From: Acidobacteriota bacterium
GTDB lineage: Bacteria > Acidobacteriota > UBA4820 > DSQY01
Assembly (NCBI GenBank): GCA_049967655.1
Contig: JBMFSH010000005.1
Location: forward strand, 59,774-123,773
Direction: 5' to 3'
DNA: 64,000 nucleotides
Both the position numbers and the translations under genes were made by a program. The notes under the pieces are model-generated. The model saw only the letters and a list, made by a program, of their open reading frames with translations. It did no database searches and was not told the DNA's origin. This document shows, in pieces, positions 20,183 through 30,191 of this stretch (its first letter is position 1; every line of letters begins with the position of its first letter).

Positions 20183-21412
20183 ATGCGCATTTCGAAGCGA
20201 GCCACGACCATCCAGGAGTCACCCATCCGCAAACTGGCGCCCCTCATGGTGCTGGCCAGGCAGCGAGGCCTTGCCATCCACCACCTGAATATCGGGCAGC
20301 CGGACATTGCCACCCCCTCGGCCTACCTGGACGCGGTGGCCGCCTACAGGAGGCCCGGCGCCGTTCTTTCATACGGGCCCAGCGACGGGCTGCCCGAGCT
20401 GAGGCAGGCCATCGCGGATTACTTCGGCCGCTACGGGATCTCGCTGGGGACCGGCGACGTCCTCGTGACCACCGGAGGCAGCGAAGCAGCCTTTTTCGCG
20501 CTCAATCTGGTGGCCGACCACGGCGATGAAATCATCATTCCCGAACCCTTTTACACCAATTACAACGGCTTCGCCTCCATGGCCGGGGTGAAGGTGGTCC
20601 CGGTCACGACGCGGGCCGAGGAGGGCTTTCACCTGCCCCCCCCCGAGGCCTTCGAAAAGGTTATCTCCAGGAGGACGAAGGCCATCCTGGTCTGCTCCCC
20701 GAACAACCCCACGGGCACTATTCTGACGGCCGCCGAGTTGGGCATGCTTCGGGATCTGGCCCTTCGTCACGGCCTGTTCCTCATCGCCGACGAGGTCTAC
20801 AAGGAGTTCACCTACGAGGGCGCCGCGCACCACAGCCTCCTGGAGATGGAGGAGCTCGCCGAGCGGGTCATCGTGATCGACTCCATCTCGAAGCGCTTTT
20901 CCGCCTGCGGGGCGCGCGTGGGGTGCCTCATCAGCCGGAACCGCGCTGTCATGGAGTGCGCCCTGAAGTTTGCCCAGGCCCGCCTGTGCCCTCCCACCAT
21001 CGAGCAGCTGGGAGCGGTGGCCGCGTACCGTATGGACCCCGCCTACTTCGATCCCATCCGCCGAGAGTACCAGGCCAGGCGGGACGCCCTCTATTCGGGC
21101 CTGACAGCCCATCCAGGCGTGGTGCTTCGCAAGCCGGACGGCGCCTTCTACATGATCGTCAAGCTGCCCCTGGCGGACTCGGACGACTTCGCCCGCTGGC
21201 TTCTCTCCGACTGGTCTCTGGAGGGGGAGACGGTGATGGTGGCGCCGGGGAACGGCTTCTACGCGACCCCCGAGCTGGGCCACGACGAAATCCGCGTGGC
21301 CTACGTTCTCGAAGTGGAGAAGCTGGTCCGCGCCTCGCGCATCCTCCTGGAGGGAATGGAGCGGTATCTCTCGTCCGGCGCGGCCGGCCAACCCCGCGCG
21401 GCCAAGCGCTAG
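20183..21412 (+). CDS. Class I/II PLP-dependent aminotransferase (aspartate aminotransferase-like)
   Basis: LNIGQPD, PNNPTG, DEVY, SISKRFSACGARVG. Confidence 0.92.
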   Translation: MRISKRATTIQESPIRKLAPLMVLARQRGLAIHHLNIGQPDIATPSAYLDAVAAYRRPGAVLSYGPSDGLPELRQAIADYFGRYGISLGTGDVLVTTGGSEAAFFALNLVADHGDEIIIPEPFYTNYNGFASMAGVKVVPVTTRAEEGFHLPPPEAFEKVISRRTKAILVCSPNNPTGTILTAAELGMLRDLALRHGLFLIADEVYKEFTYEGAAHHSLLEMEELAERVIVIDSISKRFSACGARVGCLISRNRAVMECALKFAQARLCPPTIEQLGAVAAYRMDPAYFDPIRREYQARRDALYSGLTAHPGVVLRKPDGAFYMIVKLPLADSDDFARWLLSDWSLEGETVMVAPGNGFYATPELGHDEIRVAYVLEVEKLVRASRILLEGMERYLSSGAAGQPRAAKR

Positions 21413-21444
21413 AGGCTCGGCAGGGCAGGGGACGGGCTGGACTC

Positions 21445-22407
21445 TTGAACGAAACTGACCTTGGCGAACCCATCCGGGTGACCTTCGCCCTAGCCGCGGG
21501 CGACGGCTCCGAGGAGACCTTCCACAGGCTGGCGAGCGGGATCTCCGCGAGAGGCTCACGGACGGAGGTGCGCTGGGAAGCAGCGGCGGGGGCATCTTCC
21601 GTCGCGGTTGATCTGCCAGAGGGGCGGAAGTTCCGGTGGGAGATGGCTCCCGACCAGGCCATGGAGGCTCCCTTCTTCGCGCTCTGGGACGCGCGCGGTG
21701 CGGCTTCGGACCTGGACGGCTCGACGAAGGCGATCCTGGCTGGTCTTCGGCGGCCTCCGCAATTGGTCATCTACGGCGCGAGGTGGTGCGCGGCCAGCGC
21801 GGAGATGGTGCGCCTGGCCTCCCGCTGCCTGTTGGCCAGGTCGGGAACGCGCGTAACTGTCGTGGACGTGGAGCGCCTCTCCCCCGACCGGATTCCGCCC
21901 GGGATCGAGGCCGTTCCCGTGACCTTCATCGGAACGGAGGTCAGGCTCTACGGAAGTCTTTCCGAGGCGGAGCTGGCGGCCGGCTTGACGGCCTGCTCCC
22001 GGAACCTGGGGCCGGATTACACCCTGGCCCAGATGCTCAAACAGAAGAAGAGTCGAGAGGCCCTCGCCCTCGTGCGGGCACGCGTCCTTCCGGTCTCCGC
22101 TCTGGCGAGGGCGGCGGGCGATCCTCTTCACTTTGATCTGCGCCTTGGAGCTCTGGTGCTGCTCTCGGAAGTTGGCCGCCATGACAGGGTCTTGGCGGCC
22201 GAAGCTACCCCCTCGTTGTGCGCGCGGCTTTCGGACCCCTCTCCGCACATTCGAGGAGACGTACTCCTGGCGCTGGCTGAGGTGGGGGACCTGCGCGCGC
22301 TCCCGTCGGTGGAGTCGCTGCTGGACGACGCGGACGCCGATGTCCGAGAGGCGGCCGTCGAAGCGGCCGAACGGATCCGCCGGAGCAACCTCTGGGGCCG
22401 CTACTGA
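21445..22407 (+). CDS. Thioredoxin-like fold (CxxS) + HEAT repeat protein
   Basis: WCAAS, IEAVP cis-Pro motif, C-terminal HEAT repeats (LSDPSPHIRG, LLDDADADVREAA); TTG start inferred. Confidence 0.65.
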   Translation: MNETDLGEPIRVTFALAAGDGSEETFHRLASGISARGSRTEVRWEAAAGASSVAVDLPEGRKFRWEMAPDQAMEAPFFALWDARGAASDLDGSTKAILAGLRRPPQLVIYGARWCAASAEMVRLASRCLLARSGTRVTVVDVERLSPDRIPPGIEAVPVTFIGTEVRLYGSLSEAELAAGLTACSRNLGPDYTLAQMLKQKKSREALALVRARVLPVSALARAAGDPLHFDLRLGALVLLSEVGRHDRVLAAEATPSLCARLSDPSPHIRGDVLLALAEVGDLRALPSVESLLDDADADVREAAVEAAERIRRSNLWGRY

Positions 22408-22463
22408 AGGAGCCCCGCGCCCTTTCTCAAGACGGTCACGGAGGGCCGCCGCTGGAAGCGCTC

Positions 22464-24041
22464 CTATCCTGCGAACTGTTTTCGCAGGGCTGCCTTGTGG
22501 AGCTTGCCCGCGCTGGTGAGGGGCAGGGTCTCCACGAAGACGAATCGATCGGGGATCCAGAAGCGGGCCAGCCTGCCCTCCCGAGCCTTGGATTGAAGGA
22601 ATTCGCGAAGCTCCCCCTCGCCCACCGGTTCGCGGGCCTGGATGACGCCCATGGGGCGCTCTCCCCAGCGATCGTCGGCCACGGGGATCACGGCGGCCAT
22701 GGCCACCTTCGGGTGCTCCGAGAGAAGGCCCTCGACCACCGTACTGGCGATCCACTCCCCACCGCTCTTGATGGCGTCCCTGTCGCGATCCAGCACCGTG
22801 AGGAAGCCCTCTTCGTCGAGAACCCCCAGATCCCCGGTGCGGAACCATCCCCCGACGTAACTGGCCCGACTCCGCTCGGGATCCTTGTAGTACCCGTTGG
22901 GGAGCCAGGGACTGCGGACCCAAATTTCCCCGATGCTCCGACCGTCGCGGGGGAGTGCGGCGCCGGTCTCGTCCCTGATCTCAAGTTCCACGGCCGGTAA
23001 GGTTCTCATGCGCCGGGAGAGTTCCTGACGGCCCTCCTCGCCGTTCGCCGCCACTCGCTCGGGGACCACCGAGATGCTGGTTCCGAGCTGATCCGAGCCG
23101 CCGTAGATCAGGCTGTAGGACAGGCCGGCCTCGCTCGCCCGTTGTGCCAGCCCGGAGGGCAGGGCGCTACCCCCCGTGAGAATCTTCAACCCATCGAACC
23201 GAGCACCGCCGGAGGCCGCGGCATCGAGCAACATGTGAAGCTGGGTTGGGACCATGTTCATGCACGTCACCCCCTCCTCGGAGATGAGCGACACCTGCTC
23301 CTGCCCGCCGAATCGCCCGGGCAGGACCAGCTTGGCTCCTAGGTAGGGAACGAAGAGGGGCATCCCCCAGCCGTGGATGTGGAAAAAAGGGATGAGGGGC
23401 ATGAACACGTCGCGGGAGGAGACCCGCGCACCCCCCTCGTGGAGAGCGAGGTGATGCAGGATCTGCAGGGAGGCCAGGATCATGTCGCGGTGGCGGTAGC
23501 ACACGCCTTTGGGAGGGCCCGTCGTGCCTGTCGTGTAAAAGATGGAGAAGGGGTCCGTCTCGGAGACCTCGTCGGCGGACGGGTCTTCCACGGCCTCGCC
23601 CCCTTCGACGATGGCCTCGTAGGTGGGCGAAACGGACGATGTGGGGTCGGGGCCGTCGGTGAGCCAGACCCAGTTGGGAAACTGGCCGCGCACCTTCTCC
23701 GCAATCTCCCGGAACCCCTCCCACACGAAAAGCCACTCGTCGCCCGCTTGCTGGACGGTGTAGAGCATCTCCTCGGCCGGAAGCCGGAAGTTGATGGTAT
23801 GAAGCACCGCGCCCCGCATGGAGAGGGCGTAGTGCAGTTCGAGGTAGCGGTGGGTGTTCACGTCGAGCACCCCGACGACGGTACCCTTTCCCACGCCCAT
23901 TTTTCTGAGGCCGTCCGCCAGCCGGAGGACGCGCTCGTAAAAGGAGGTGTAGGTCAGGCGCACCGGCCCGCTGACGATCTCCTGGTCCGCATGACTCAGG
24001 AGGGAGTGCCTGATGAGTTCGTGGACGACGAGTTCTCGCAC
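22464..24041 (-). CDS. Acyl-CoA synthetase / fatty acid-CoA ligase
   Basis: YTTGTTGPPKG, WFRTGD, IKSGGEWI, WGERP, GK. Confidence 0.93.
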   Translation of the reverse strand: MRELVVHELIRHSLLSHADQEIVSGPVRLTYTSFYERVLRLADGLRKMGVGKGTVVGVLDVNTHRYLELHYALSMRGAVLHTINFRLPAEEMLYTVQQAGDEWLFVWEGFREIAEKVRGQFPNWVWLTDGPDPTSSVSPTYEAIVEGGEAVEDPSADEVSETDPFSIFYTTGTTGPPKGVCYRHRDMILASLQILHHLALHEGGARVSSRDVFMPLIPFFHIHGWGMPLFVPYLGAKLVLPGRFGGQEQVSLISEEGVTCMNMVPTQLHMLLDAAASGGARFDGLKILTGGSALPSGLAQRASEAGLSYSLIYGGSDQLGTSISVVPERVAANGEEGRQELSRRMRTLPAVELEIRDETGAALPRDGRSIGEIWVRSPWLPNGYYKDPERSRASYVGGWFRTGDLGVLDEEGFLTVLDRDRDAIKSGGEWIASTVVEGLLSEHPKVAMAAVIPVADDRWGERPMGVIQAREPVGEGELREFLQSKAREGRLARFWIPDRFVFVETLPLTSAGKLHKAALRKQFAG

Positions 24042-24382
24042 TGTACCCCACCTCCACGGCCGCCAAAGCCTCCGTCACCGGAGCCGCCTCACGAGAGGGG
24101 CTCGCTGCCGGCTCGTCCCTCCTCGGTCGCCAAGCTTCAAGCCTCGGCGTGCCTGCCTTGTGATCCTCGCCCGCAGTCTCTGCTTCCCGAAGTCCCGCAA
24201 GTCAGCGTTCCGCGTCATTCCCGCTGGCTTAAAGATACTCGGCGCGTGGGAGTTCCGCAAGGGCGAAGCGAAACCGTCGGGCGCCGCCGCGGCTGGATGT
24301 GGGAAGAGACGAGCAAGGGCCGTTGAACTGAAGGTGATCAGTTGATATACTCTGATTGTATGGAAAGGAGCCGGAGGTTCCC

Positions 24383-25210
24383 TTGGCCCACATAGACTGG
24401 GTATTGCTTTTCGGCGTGTGCATGAGCGGCCTGTCTCTGCTGGCGCTGCTCAAGTGGTGCCTTCCTCGGAACAACCCGCTCCAGGTCATCTGGGAGGTGG
24501 TGCGCGCCAACGCCGCCCGCACGGCCTCGTTGTTCTACGTCCTGACGATCTCCGGCATCATTTTCCTGGATCTCCTCGAGACGAAGTACGACGCGGCCAT
24601 CACGCGTTATCTGAACTGGGACTTCACCGGACTCTTCCTCCGGGTGGAGGGGTCGGCCACCGCCCTGTTCCAGATCATCCACTTCACCGCCCTCACCTAC
24701 GTGCTTTCCGCGGTCTACCTGTACATCTTTCCCGTCATGGGCGTCGTGGCAATCCTGGTGGCTTACCGGGACGGCGAACACAAGGTGGCCAGGAAGATTT
24801 TTTGGGGGGCCGTGTTCAACTACCTCTTCATCCTCCCCTTTTACGTTCTGGTGCCCGTCACGGAGCGCTGGGCTGCGGGGGATGGCGAGGTTACCCTCCT
24901 CATGAACCAGATCTCGCCCCTCCTCATCGAAGGGCTCCGGCCCATGAGCGGCCTCAACAACTGCTTCCCCTCCTTTCACGTGTCGCTGTCGCTCACTTTT
25001 GCCCTGCTCATATCGGAGAGCTCGAACATGCGGCTCCGGCGGACCATGCTGACGCTCGCCGGGCTCGTGACTTACTCCACTCTCTACCTGGGATTCCATT
25101 GGGCCCTGGATGTCTTCGGGGGCGTCCTCTTCGCGGCCTTCTGCACGGTGGTCGCCAATTGGGCCGTGGAGAATCTCCGCCTCGAACAGGTCCTCTACCG
25201 AGCCCGATGA
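24383..25210 (+). CDS. PAP2 superfamily membrane protein (AUR1/inositol phosphorylceramide synthase-like)
   Basis: NCFPSFH and STLYLGFHWALDVFGG motifs; multiple TMs; TTG start after GGAGG. Confidence 0.82.
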   Translation: MAHIDWVLLFGVCMSGLSLLALLKWCLPRNNPLQVIWEVVRANAARTASLFYVLTISGIIFLDLLETKYDAAITRYLNWDFTGLFLRVEGSATALFQIIHFTALTYVLSAVYLYIFPVMGVVAILVAYRDGEHKVARKIFWGAVFNYLFILPFYVLVPVTERWAAGDGEVTLLMNQISPLLIEGLRPMSGLNNCFPSFHVSLSLTFALLISESSNMRLRRTMLTLAGLVTYSTLYLGFHWALDVFGGVLFAAFCTVVANWAVENLRLEQVLYRAR

Positions 25211-26292
25211 CCCCGCGGACCGCCCTTCTCTCCTACGCGTTGGGAACGGGCCACCGACGAGTGGCCGAACTGGTGCAGGGGCGCCTGACCAACCTAGGCC
25301 ACCACTGCGAGCACCGTCCACTTGAAGAGTGGGTGCCGTGGGAGTACGACGCGCTGTTCCGAAGCGGCTACCTGCTGCTGGCGCTCCGATTCCCGAAGGT
25401 GTGGGATTATATGTACAACTCGCCCTTCTTCATCCGTCGGGGAAAACTCGCGCTCCCGGGTATGGGGGGCAGGGTGATCCGGCGGTTCGAACGCGCGGGT
25501 CTCTCCGAGTGTGACCTGGTGGTGGCTACCCAGTACAACGCCATGGAGGTGGCTGCGGACTGGAAGCGCGCTTCCGGATCACGATTGAAGCTGGCGGTGG
25601 TGATCACCGATTATGACGTCTATCCGCTGTGGGCGCGGCCCGAGGTGGACCTCTACCTCATTCCGCACGCAGACCTCGTTCCCGTCCTGACGAACTTGGG
25701 GGTCGCGGAGGAGCGCATCGCCCCGACGGGAATCCCCGTCTCCCCTGTTTTCGAGGGAACCCACGACGGGTTGGCCGTGCGGGCCTCACTCGGCCTGGAC
25801 TTAACCAAGCCGACCGCCCTCATCTTCGGAGGAGGGATCGGGGCGGGACCGCTGCGAGAGGCGGTGGAAGCCTTCCTGGAGCTTGGAGCGTGGCAGGCCC
25901 TGGTGGTTTGCGGACTCAACGAAAAGCTGAGGCGCTCGCTCATATTGACGGCGCAGAAGCACTCGGACCGTCTCCGCGTGCTTGGTTTTCGCAGCGACAT
26001 GGCCCTTCTCATGGCGGCCAGCGACGTGGTGGTGACCAAGGGAGGTGGATTGAGCCTGAGCGAGGCTCTCTACATGGGCAAGAGGGTGGTGGTCCTGCCC
26101 AGCCTGCCCGGCCAGGAGCGGGCCAACATCGCCTTCATGGCCGCGCGGGGATGGATCAGCGTCTGCGAGGATCCCAGACAGCTGGGCCGAGTTCTAGACG
26201 TTCCGCCGGCCGATTCCCCCGTTTCCCTGCCTCCCGCTCCACTAGAGGCGGCCGTCGGGCGCCTGGACGCGCTGGCTCGCTCGTCCCTCTGA
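25207..26292 (+). CDS. GT28 glycosyltransferase (MGDG synthase/UgtP-like)
   Basis: GTGH, ITDY, TGIPV, GGGIG, TKGGGLSLSEAL, PGQERAN; ATGA overlap with PAP2 gene. Confidence 0.88.
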   Translation: MTPRTALLSYALGTGHRRVAELVQGRLTNLGHHCEHRPLEEWVPWEYDALFRSGYLLLALRFPKVWDYMYNSPFFIRRGKLALPGMGGRVIRRFERAGLSECDLVVATQYNAMEVAADWKRASGSRLKLAVVITDYDVYPLWARPEVDLYLIPHADLVPVLTNLGVAEERIAPTGIPVSPVFEGTHDGLAVRASLGLDLTKPTALIFGGGIGAGPLREAVEAFLELGAWQALVVCGLNEKLRRSLILTAQKHSDRLRVLGFRSDMALLMAASDVVVTKGGGLSLSEALYMGKRVVVLPSLPGQERANIAFMAARGWISVCEDPRQLGRVLDVPPADSPVSLPPAPLEAAVGRLDALARSSL

Positions 26293-26441
26293 ATGGTGCT
26301 CTTTCACCGGTGGCCAAACCACGCGCCTCGCGCCTGTTTCCGAGAAAAACTCCCGAGGCCAGCGCGCCCTCTCGGCATAATTTTTGAAATTGCAGCCAAG
26401 AGGACTGGACAAGAGCCGCCGTGGAGCGTATGATTCCCGCG

Positions 26442-27122
26442 ATGCGGAAGGCTTTCCTGAGCGCCTTGGCGCTGGGCGTGTTCCTGATCTTGATTCCATC
26501 GCGTCTCAACGGCATTCCCGTTCTGGACACCGTGGTGGATTCCTTCTCCAGCTCACGGGAGTTCTATTCCGCCTGGAGGATCAAGAAGTGGACCGGGCAG
26601 GTGGACCTATCCTTCCTTCAGAATGCAGACAACCCATACCTGCAGTTGGTCTGTCCGAGCTCCTCGTGGGCTTTCGTGAGGAAGGTGAACGTCAATATTC
26701 ACAATACCCCCATCCTCACTTGGAGCTGGAGGGTGGAGGCGCTGCCCAAGGGGGGAGATGGTCGCTTCCGATCCACGGATGACGAAGCGGCCCAGGTTTA
26801 CGTCGTCTTCCCGGGCTCCGGACTTTTCAGCTTCGGCGCCTGGAGCAGCCGCATCCTCGGCTACACGTGGGAGACGCTCCCCGCGCCCGGCACCTTCTAT
26901 CACTCTCCAAGGCCCGCCGATACGCGGATCTTCGTTCTACGAAACCAACGGGACGGACTGAACGTCTGGAAGACCGAGAGCCGGGACGTGGTGGCCGACT
27001 TCGAACAGGCCTTCGGCGCGCCACCGCCCAACCCCAACTATTTCTGCATTCAGATCGACTCCGACGACACCCACTCCTTCGCCGAGAGCGACTTTGGCCC
27101 CATCGAGTTCAGGGCTCGCTGA
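26442..27122 (+). CDS. DUF3047-like exported protein
   Basis: Signal peptide, PILTWSWRV, DDEAAQVYVVF, RDVVADF..AFG, DSDDT; start uncertain. Confidence 0.8.
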   Translation: MRKAFLSALALGVFLILIPSRLNGIPVLDTVVDSFSSSREFYSAWRIKKWTGQVDLSFLQNADNPYLQLVCPSSSWAFVRKVNVNIHNTPILTWSWRVEALPKGGDGRFRSTDDEAAQVYVVFPGSGLFSFGAWSSRILGYTWETLPAPGTFYHSPRPADTRIFVLRNQRDGLNVWKTESRDVVADFEQAFGAPPPNPNYFCIQIDSDDTHSFAESDFGPIEFRAR

Positions 27123-27131
27123 TTTCTGACC

Positions 27132-27488
27132 ATGCGCTTCCTACTAAGGACCCTCCTACTGATGGCCTCCATGGGCGTAGTCAGCATGCTCCTGCCGGGA
27201 ATCAGGTTCGATGGCCTGCTTGCTCTCTTTTTAGCGGCCCTGACGGTGGGCCTGGCCAACGCGTTGCTCCGGCCCGTGCTCATCTTTTTCACGCTTCCGC
27301 TGGTGCTTGTGAGTCTGGGCCTCTTCATCATCGTGATCAATGCGGGTCTGCTCTACCTGGCCGCGTGGATCGTTCCCGGCTTTCACCTGGCGGGATTCGG
27401 TTGGGCGCTCGGCGCGGCCGTCCTGATTTCCCTGGTCTCCTTCGTGCTGAACCGGCTGGTGCTGGGGCCCGATGGACTCAGGAGATAG
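27132..27488 (+). CDS. Phage-holin-like 4TM membrane protein (YvlD family)
   Basis: NALLRPVLIFFTLP, LGLF..VINA, VPGF motifs. Confidence 0.85.
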   Translation: MRFLLRTLLLMASMGVVSMLLPGIRFDGLLALFLAALTVGLANALLRPVLIFFTLPLVLVSLGLFIIVINAGLLYLAAWIVPGFHLAGFGWALGAAVLISLVSFVLNRLVLGPDGLRR

Positions 27489-27509
27489 CGGCTCTTCGGC
27501 GGCGTTGCC

Positions 27510-28406
27510 TCAGGGTTCCAGATTCGCGCTTTTCTGCTGGCGCTTCCAGACGGAGAAGGCCGAGGGGCGCTTGAAACGGCCGATGACGTCCGAGGCCTCG
27601 AGAACCGTGACGAAAGCCGAAGGATCTTCCGAGCGGATGATGTCGCGTAGCTCTCTGAGTTCAAATCGGGTCACGACGCAGAGCAGGACGTTGCTGGTGC
27701 TGCCCGTATAGGCTCCTTCCGCCTTCAGGAGGGTGACTCCGCGGCCCATCTGAAGGAGCAGCCGCTCCTTGATGCTGAGGTATTCGCGCGAGACGATCAG
27801 TACAGCCTTGCGCGGCCTGGGCGATTGGATGGCGTCCAGGGTGCGGCTCGACACGTAAATGGCCACCAGGGTGTACATGGCCCGTTCGGGGTTCTCGATG
27901 AGGCTCGCGGCAAGGACAATCAGGCCATTGAGGATCATGCCGGCCTCTCCGATGCCGAGGCTGAACCTGCGGTTGAGCACGAGGCCCAGGATGTCGAATC
28001 CCGCGAGCGACCCTCCCGAACGGATGGCCAGGGCGCTCGCGAGTCCGCCGAAGAGGCCTCCGAAGATGGCGCCCAGCATCGGATCTCGCGTGAGGATGGG
28101 GAAGGGAACGTGATCCGCGAGCAGCCAGAAGAGCACCACCGCTAACCCCGAATAGACCACGAATCGCCGGCCGAGATCGCGGAATCCCAGGAGGAAGATC
28201 GGAGCGTTGAAGATCAGCACCACCAGGCCGACGGGGGTTCGAAAAACGGCGTTGAGCAAAAGGGAGAGGCCCGTGACGCCGCCGCTGAGCAGGTGGTTGG
28301 GCATGATGAAGCTTCGGACGGAAAGAACAAAGCTGAGCGTGCCGGCCACCAGCAAGAAAAATCGCCAGCCCTCCCGGGCGACCCGTAATCCCCACCGGCG
28401 TCTCAT
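27510..28406 (-). CDS. YitT family membrane protein (DUF161/DUF2179)
   Basis: GGVTG, NAPIF, GGSLAGFD, RGVT, GAYTG, DPSAF. Confidence 0.9.
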   Translation of the reverse strand: MRRRWGLRVAREGWRFFLLVAGTLSFVLSVRSFIMPNHLLSGGVTGLSLLLNAVFRTPVGLVVLIFNAPIFLLGFRDLGRRFVVYSGLAVVLFWLLADHVPFPILTRDPMLGAIFGGLFGGLASALAIRSGGSLAGFDILGLVLNRRFSLGIGEAGMILNGLIVLAASLIENPERAMYTLVAIYVSSRTLDAIQSPRPRKAVLIVSREYLSIKERLLLQMGRGVTLLKAEGAYTGSTSNVLLCVVTRFELRELRDIIRSEDPSAFVTVLEASDVIGRFKRPSAFSVWKRQQKSANLEP

Positions 28407-28598
28407 GCGCCCCTCTCTCCCCGCAAGCGCGTGGGCAGAGTCCTACGATAGCAGAGCCTGCCGTAGGGCGCCACGAACCGGAGCGTCATTTCCCTTCGCC
28501 TCCCTCACCTTCGTCCCTCGGCATGGACCCCCCAGGCGGGCGCGTGGTAACGTGACTCCTTCGCAAATGGGAGCCACCAACCCGAAGGGAGGTCCGGC

Positions 28599-29903
28599 AT
28601 GAACCGCGGCGACGACCACAACACGGCCTGCGTCACCAGGAACGGAGGCGTGAAGCCCTGGGCCACGGCGTGCAGCGGTTCCGTGAACCACGAGCACCCG
28701 GCGGAGCACCCCCTCCTGCGAACCTTCTTTCAGCAGGATCGGGACCGCGTTCTCCACTCCGAGGCCTTTCGCCGCCTCGGTTATAAGACGCAGGTCTTCG
28801 TGGTCCATGAAGGGGACTTTTACCGGACGCGCCTCACCCATACGCTTGAGGTGTCACAGGTGGCCAGGGGCTTGGCCTGCGGCCTCGGGGCGAGCGAAGA
28901 CCTCTGCGAGGTGATCGCCTACGCACACGATCTGGGCCATCCCCCCTTCGGCCACCGGGGCGAAGCGGCCCTGGACCGCCTCTTCGGTCGGGCCCTGGAG
29001 GAGAGATTGGGCATCGGTCGGCCCGAACAGGGAAGGGCCTTCGAACAGAACTTCCAGTCGTACCGCATCGTGAGCCGGCTGGAGCGGCGCTATCCGAAAT
29101 TCCCGGGCCTGAACTTGAGCTGGCCCGCCCTCCATGGCATCCTCAAACACCACACCGCCTTTGATTCCCCGACGCTTCCCTATCCCCTTGAAGCGAGCCA
29201 GCCCAAGGAGGCCGAGCGCGTGCGGGAGTCCTACCTCACCACCGAGGGCTGTTCGGCGGAGGCGCAGATCGTCAACCTGGCCGACCAGATCGCCTGGGTG
29301 ACGCACGATCTGGAGGACGCCCTTCGGGTCCGCTTCATAACGGTGGAGGAGCTTCGCGACCTCCCCATTCCTTTGCTTCAGAGGGCGTGGGAGCGGTCCC
29401 AGGGCGGCGCGCCGGGTTGGGAGAAGGATCGGATCCTCTGGGGGCGGATCATGGTGCGCAACATGATCGATCTCCTCATCAACGATGTGCTCGCGGTCTC
29501 GGCCCAAGGCCTTTCCGCCATGAACTCCGTGGAGGAGTTGATGGCTAGACGCGAGCCCGTGGTTCACTTTTCTCCAGAGATGGCCTCGTCCGTCGGCGAA
29601 CTGCGGGAGTTCCTCTACGCCCGCGTCTACACCCATCCCGTCGTGGAGCGCATGTCCGCCAAGGCGGCCGCCATCTTGGACCGGCTTTTCGAGAGCCTGA
29701 CGTCGGACCTGCTGGAGAAGGGCTCCATGGCCGCCCGGCTCCTGCCCCACACCACCCGAGAGCGCCTGGATGAGGCGCCCGATGCCGTGGGCAAATTCCA
29801 GGTCGTGGTGGATTTCCTCGCGGGCATGACGGACCGCTTCGCCACCGAGTTCTACCGCGTCCTCTACGCCCCCGACGAGAGGGGGATCACGAGCCTTTAC
29901 TGA
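28599..29903 (+). CDS. dgt: dNTP triphosphohydrolase (dGTPase)
   Basis: DRDRVLHSEAFRRL..KTQVF, RTRLTHTLEV, HDLGHPPFGH, DFLAGMTD. Confidence 0.95.
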   Translation: MNRGDDHNTACVTRNGGVKPWATACSGSVNHEHPAEHPLLRTFFQQDRDRVLHSEAFRRLGYKTQVFVVHEGDFYRTRLTHTLEVSQVARGLACGLGASEDLCEVIAYAHDLGHPPFGHRGEAALDRLFGRALEERLGIGRPEQGRAFEQNFQSYRIVSRLERRYPKFPGLNLSWPALHGILKHHTAFDSPTLPYPLEASQPKEAERVRESYLTTEGCSAEAQIVNLADQIAWVTHDLEDALRVRFITVEELRDLPIPLLQRAWERSQGGAPGWEKDRILWGRIMVRNMIDLLINDVLAVSAQGLSAMNSVEELMARREPVVHFSPEMASSVGELREFLYARVYTHPVVERMSAKAAAILDRLFESLTSDLLEKGSMAARLLPHTTRERLDEAPDAVGKFQVVVDFLAGMTDRFATEFYRVLYAPDERGITSLY

Positions 29904-29968
29904 TGGCAGGCCCCATCAAGACTCGGCCAAGGAGGGCAGGGGTCGAATGTCCGGCCCCCGCTCAGCAC

Positions 29969-29997
29969 TTGACCCGAGGGCCCGTTTTCCCTATACT
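29969..29997 (+). promoter_or_regulatory. sigma70 promoter of tRNA-Ala
   Basis: TTGACC-17 bp-TATACT. Confidence 0.8.
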
Positions 29998-30008
29998 AAA
30001 GGCTCGGT

Positions 30009-30084
30009 GGGGCTATGGCGCAGCTGGGAGCGCGCTTGAATGGCATTCAAGAGGTCGGGGGTTCGATCCCCCCTAGCTCCACCA
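30009..30084 (+). tRNA. tRNA-Ala(GGC)
   Basis: 76 nt cloverleaf GGGGCTA...TAGCTCC ACCA, G3:U70 pair, anticodon loop ATGGCAT, TTCGA T-loop. Confidence 0.97.
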
Positions 30085-30133
30085 AAAAAAATGACGCGCT
30101 GCCCCGCAACGTGAGGCGGGGAGCTGGGAATCG

Positions 30134-30170
30134 GGGTGCCGGGACGTAGGTTCCGGCGCCCTTTTCATTT
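30134..30170 (+). terminator. Intrinsic terminator after tRNA-Ala
   Basis: GGGTGCCGGGAC-GTAG-GTTCCGGCGCCC followed by TTTTCATTT. Confidence 0.75.
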
Positions 30171-30191
30171 CGGGCGGAAGGAAGGGGCGCG

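Noticed and set aside
24213..24224. REP element at CGTCATTCCCGC
   Set aside because: Matches only the left half of the REP-like unit (as at ~61638); no complementary arm follows
27132..27488. Prophage suggested by holin-like gene
   Set aside because: No endolysin, structural or integrase genes nearby; this family is common in chromosomes
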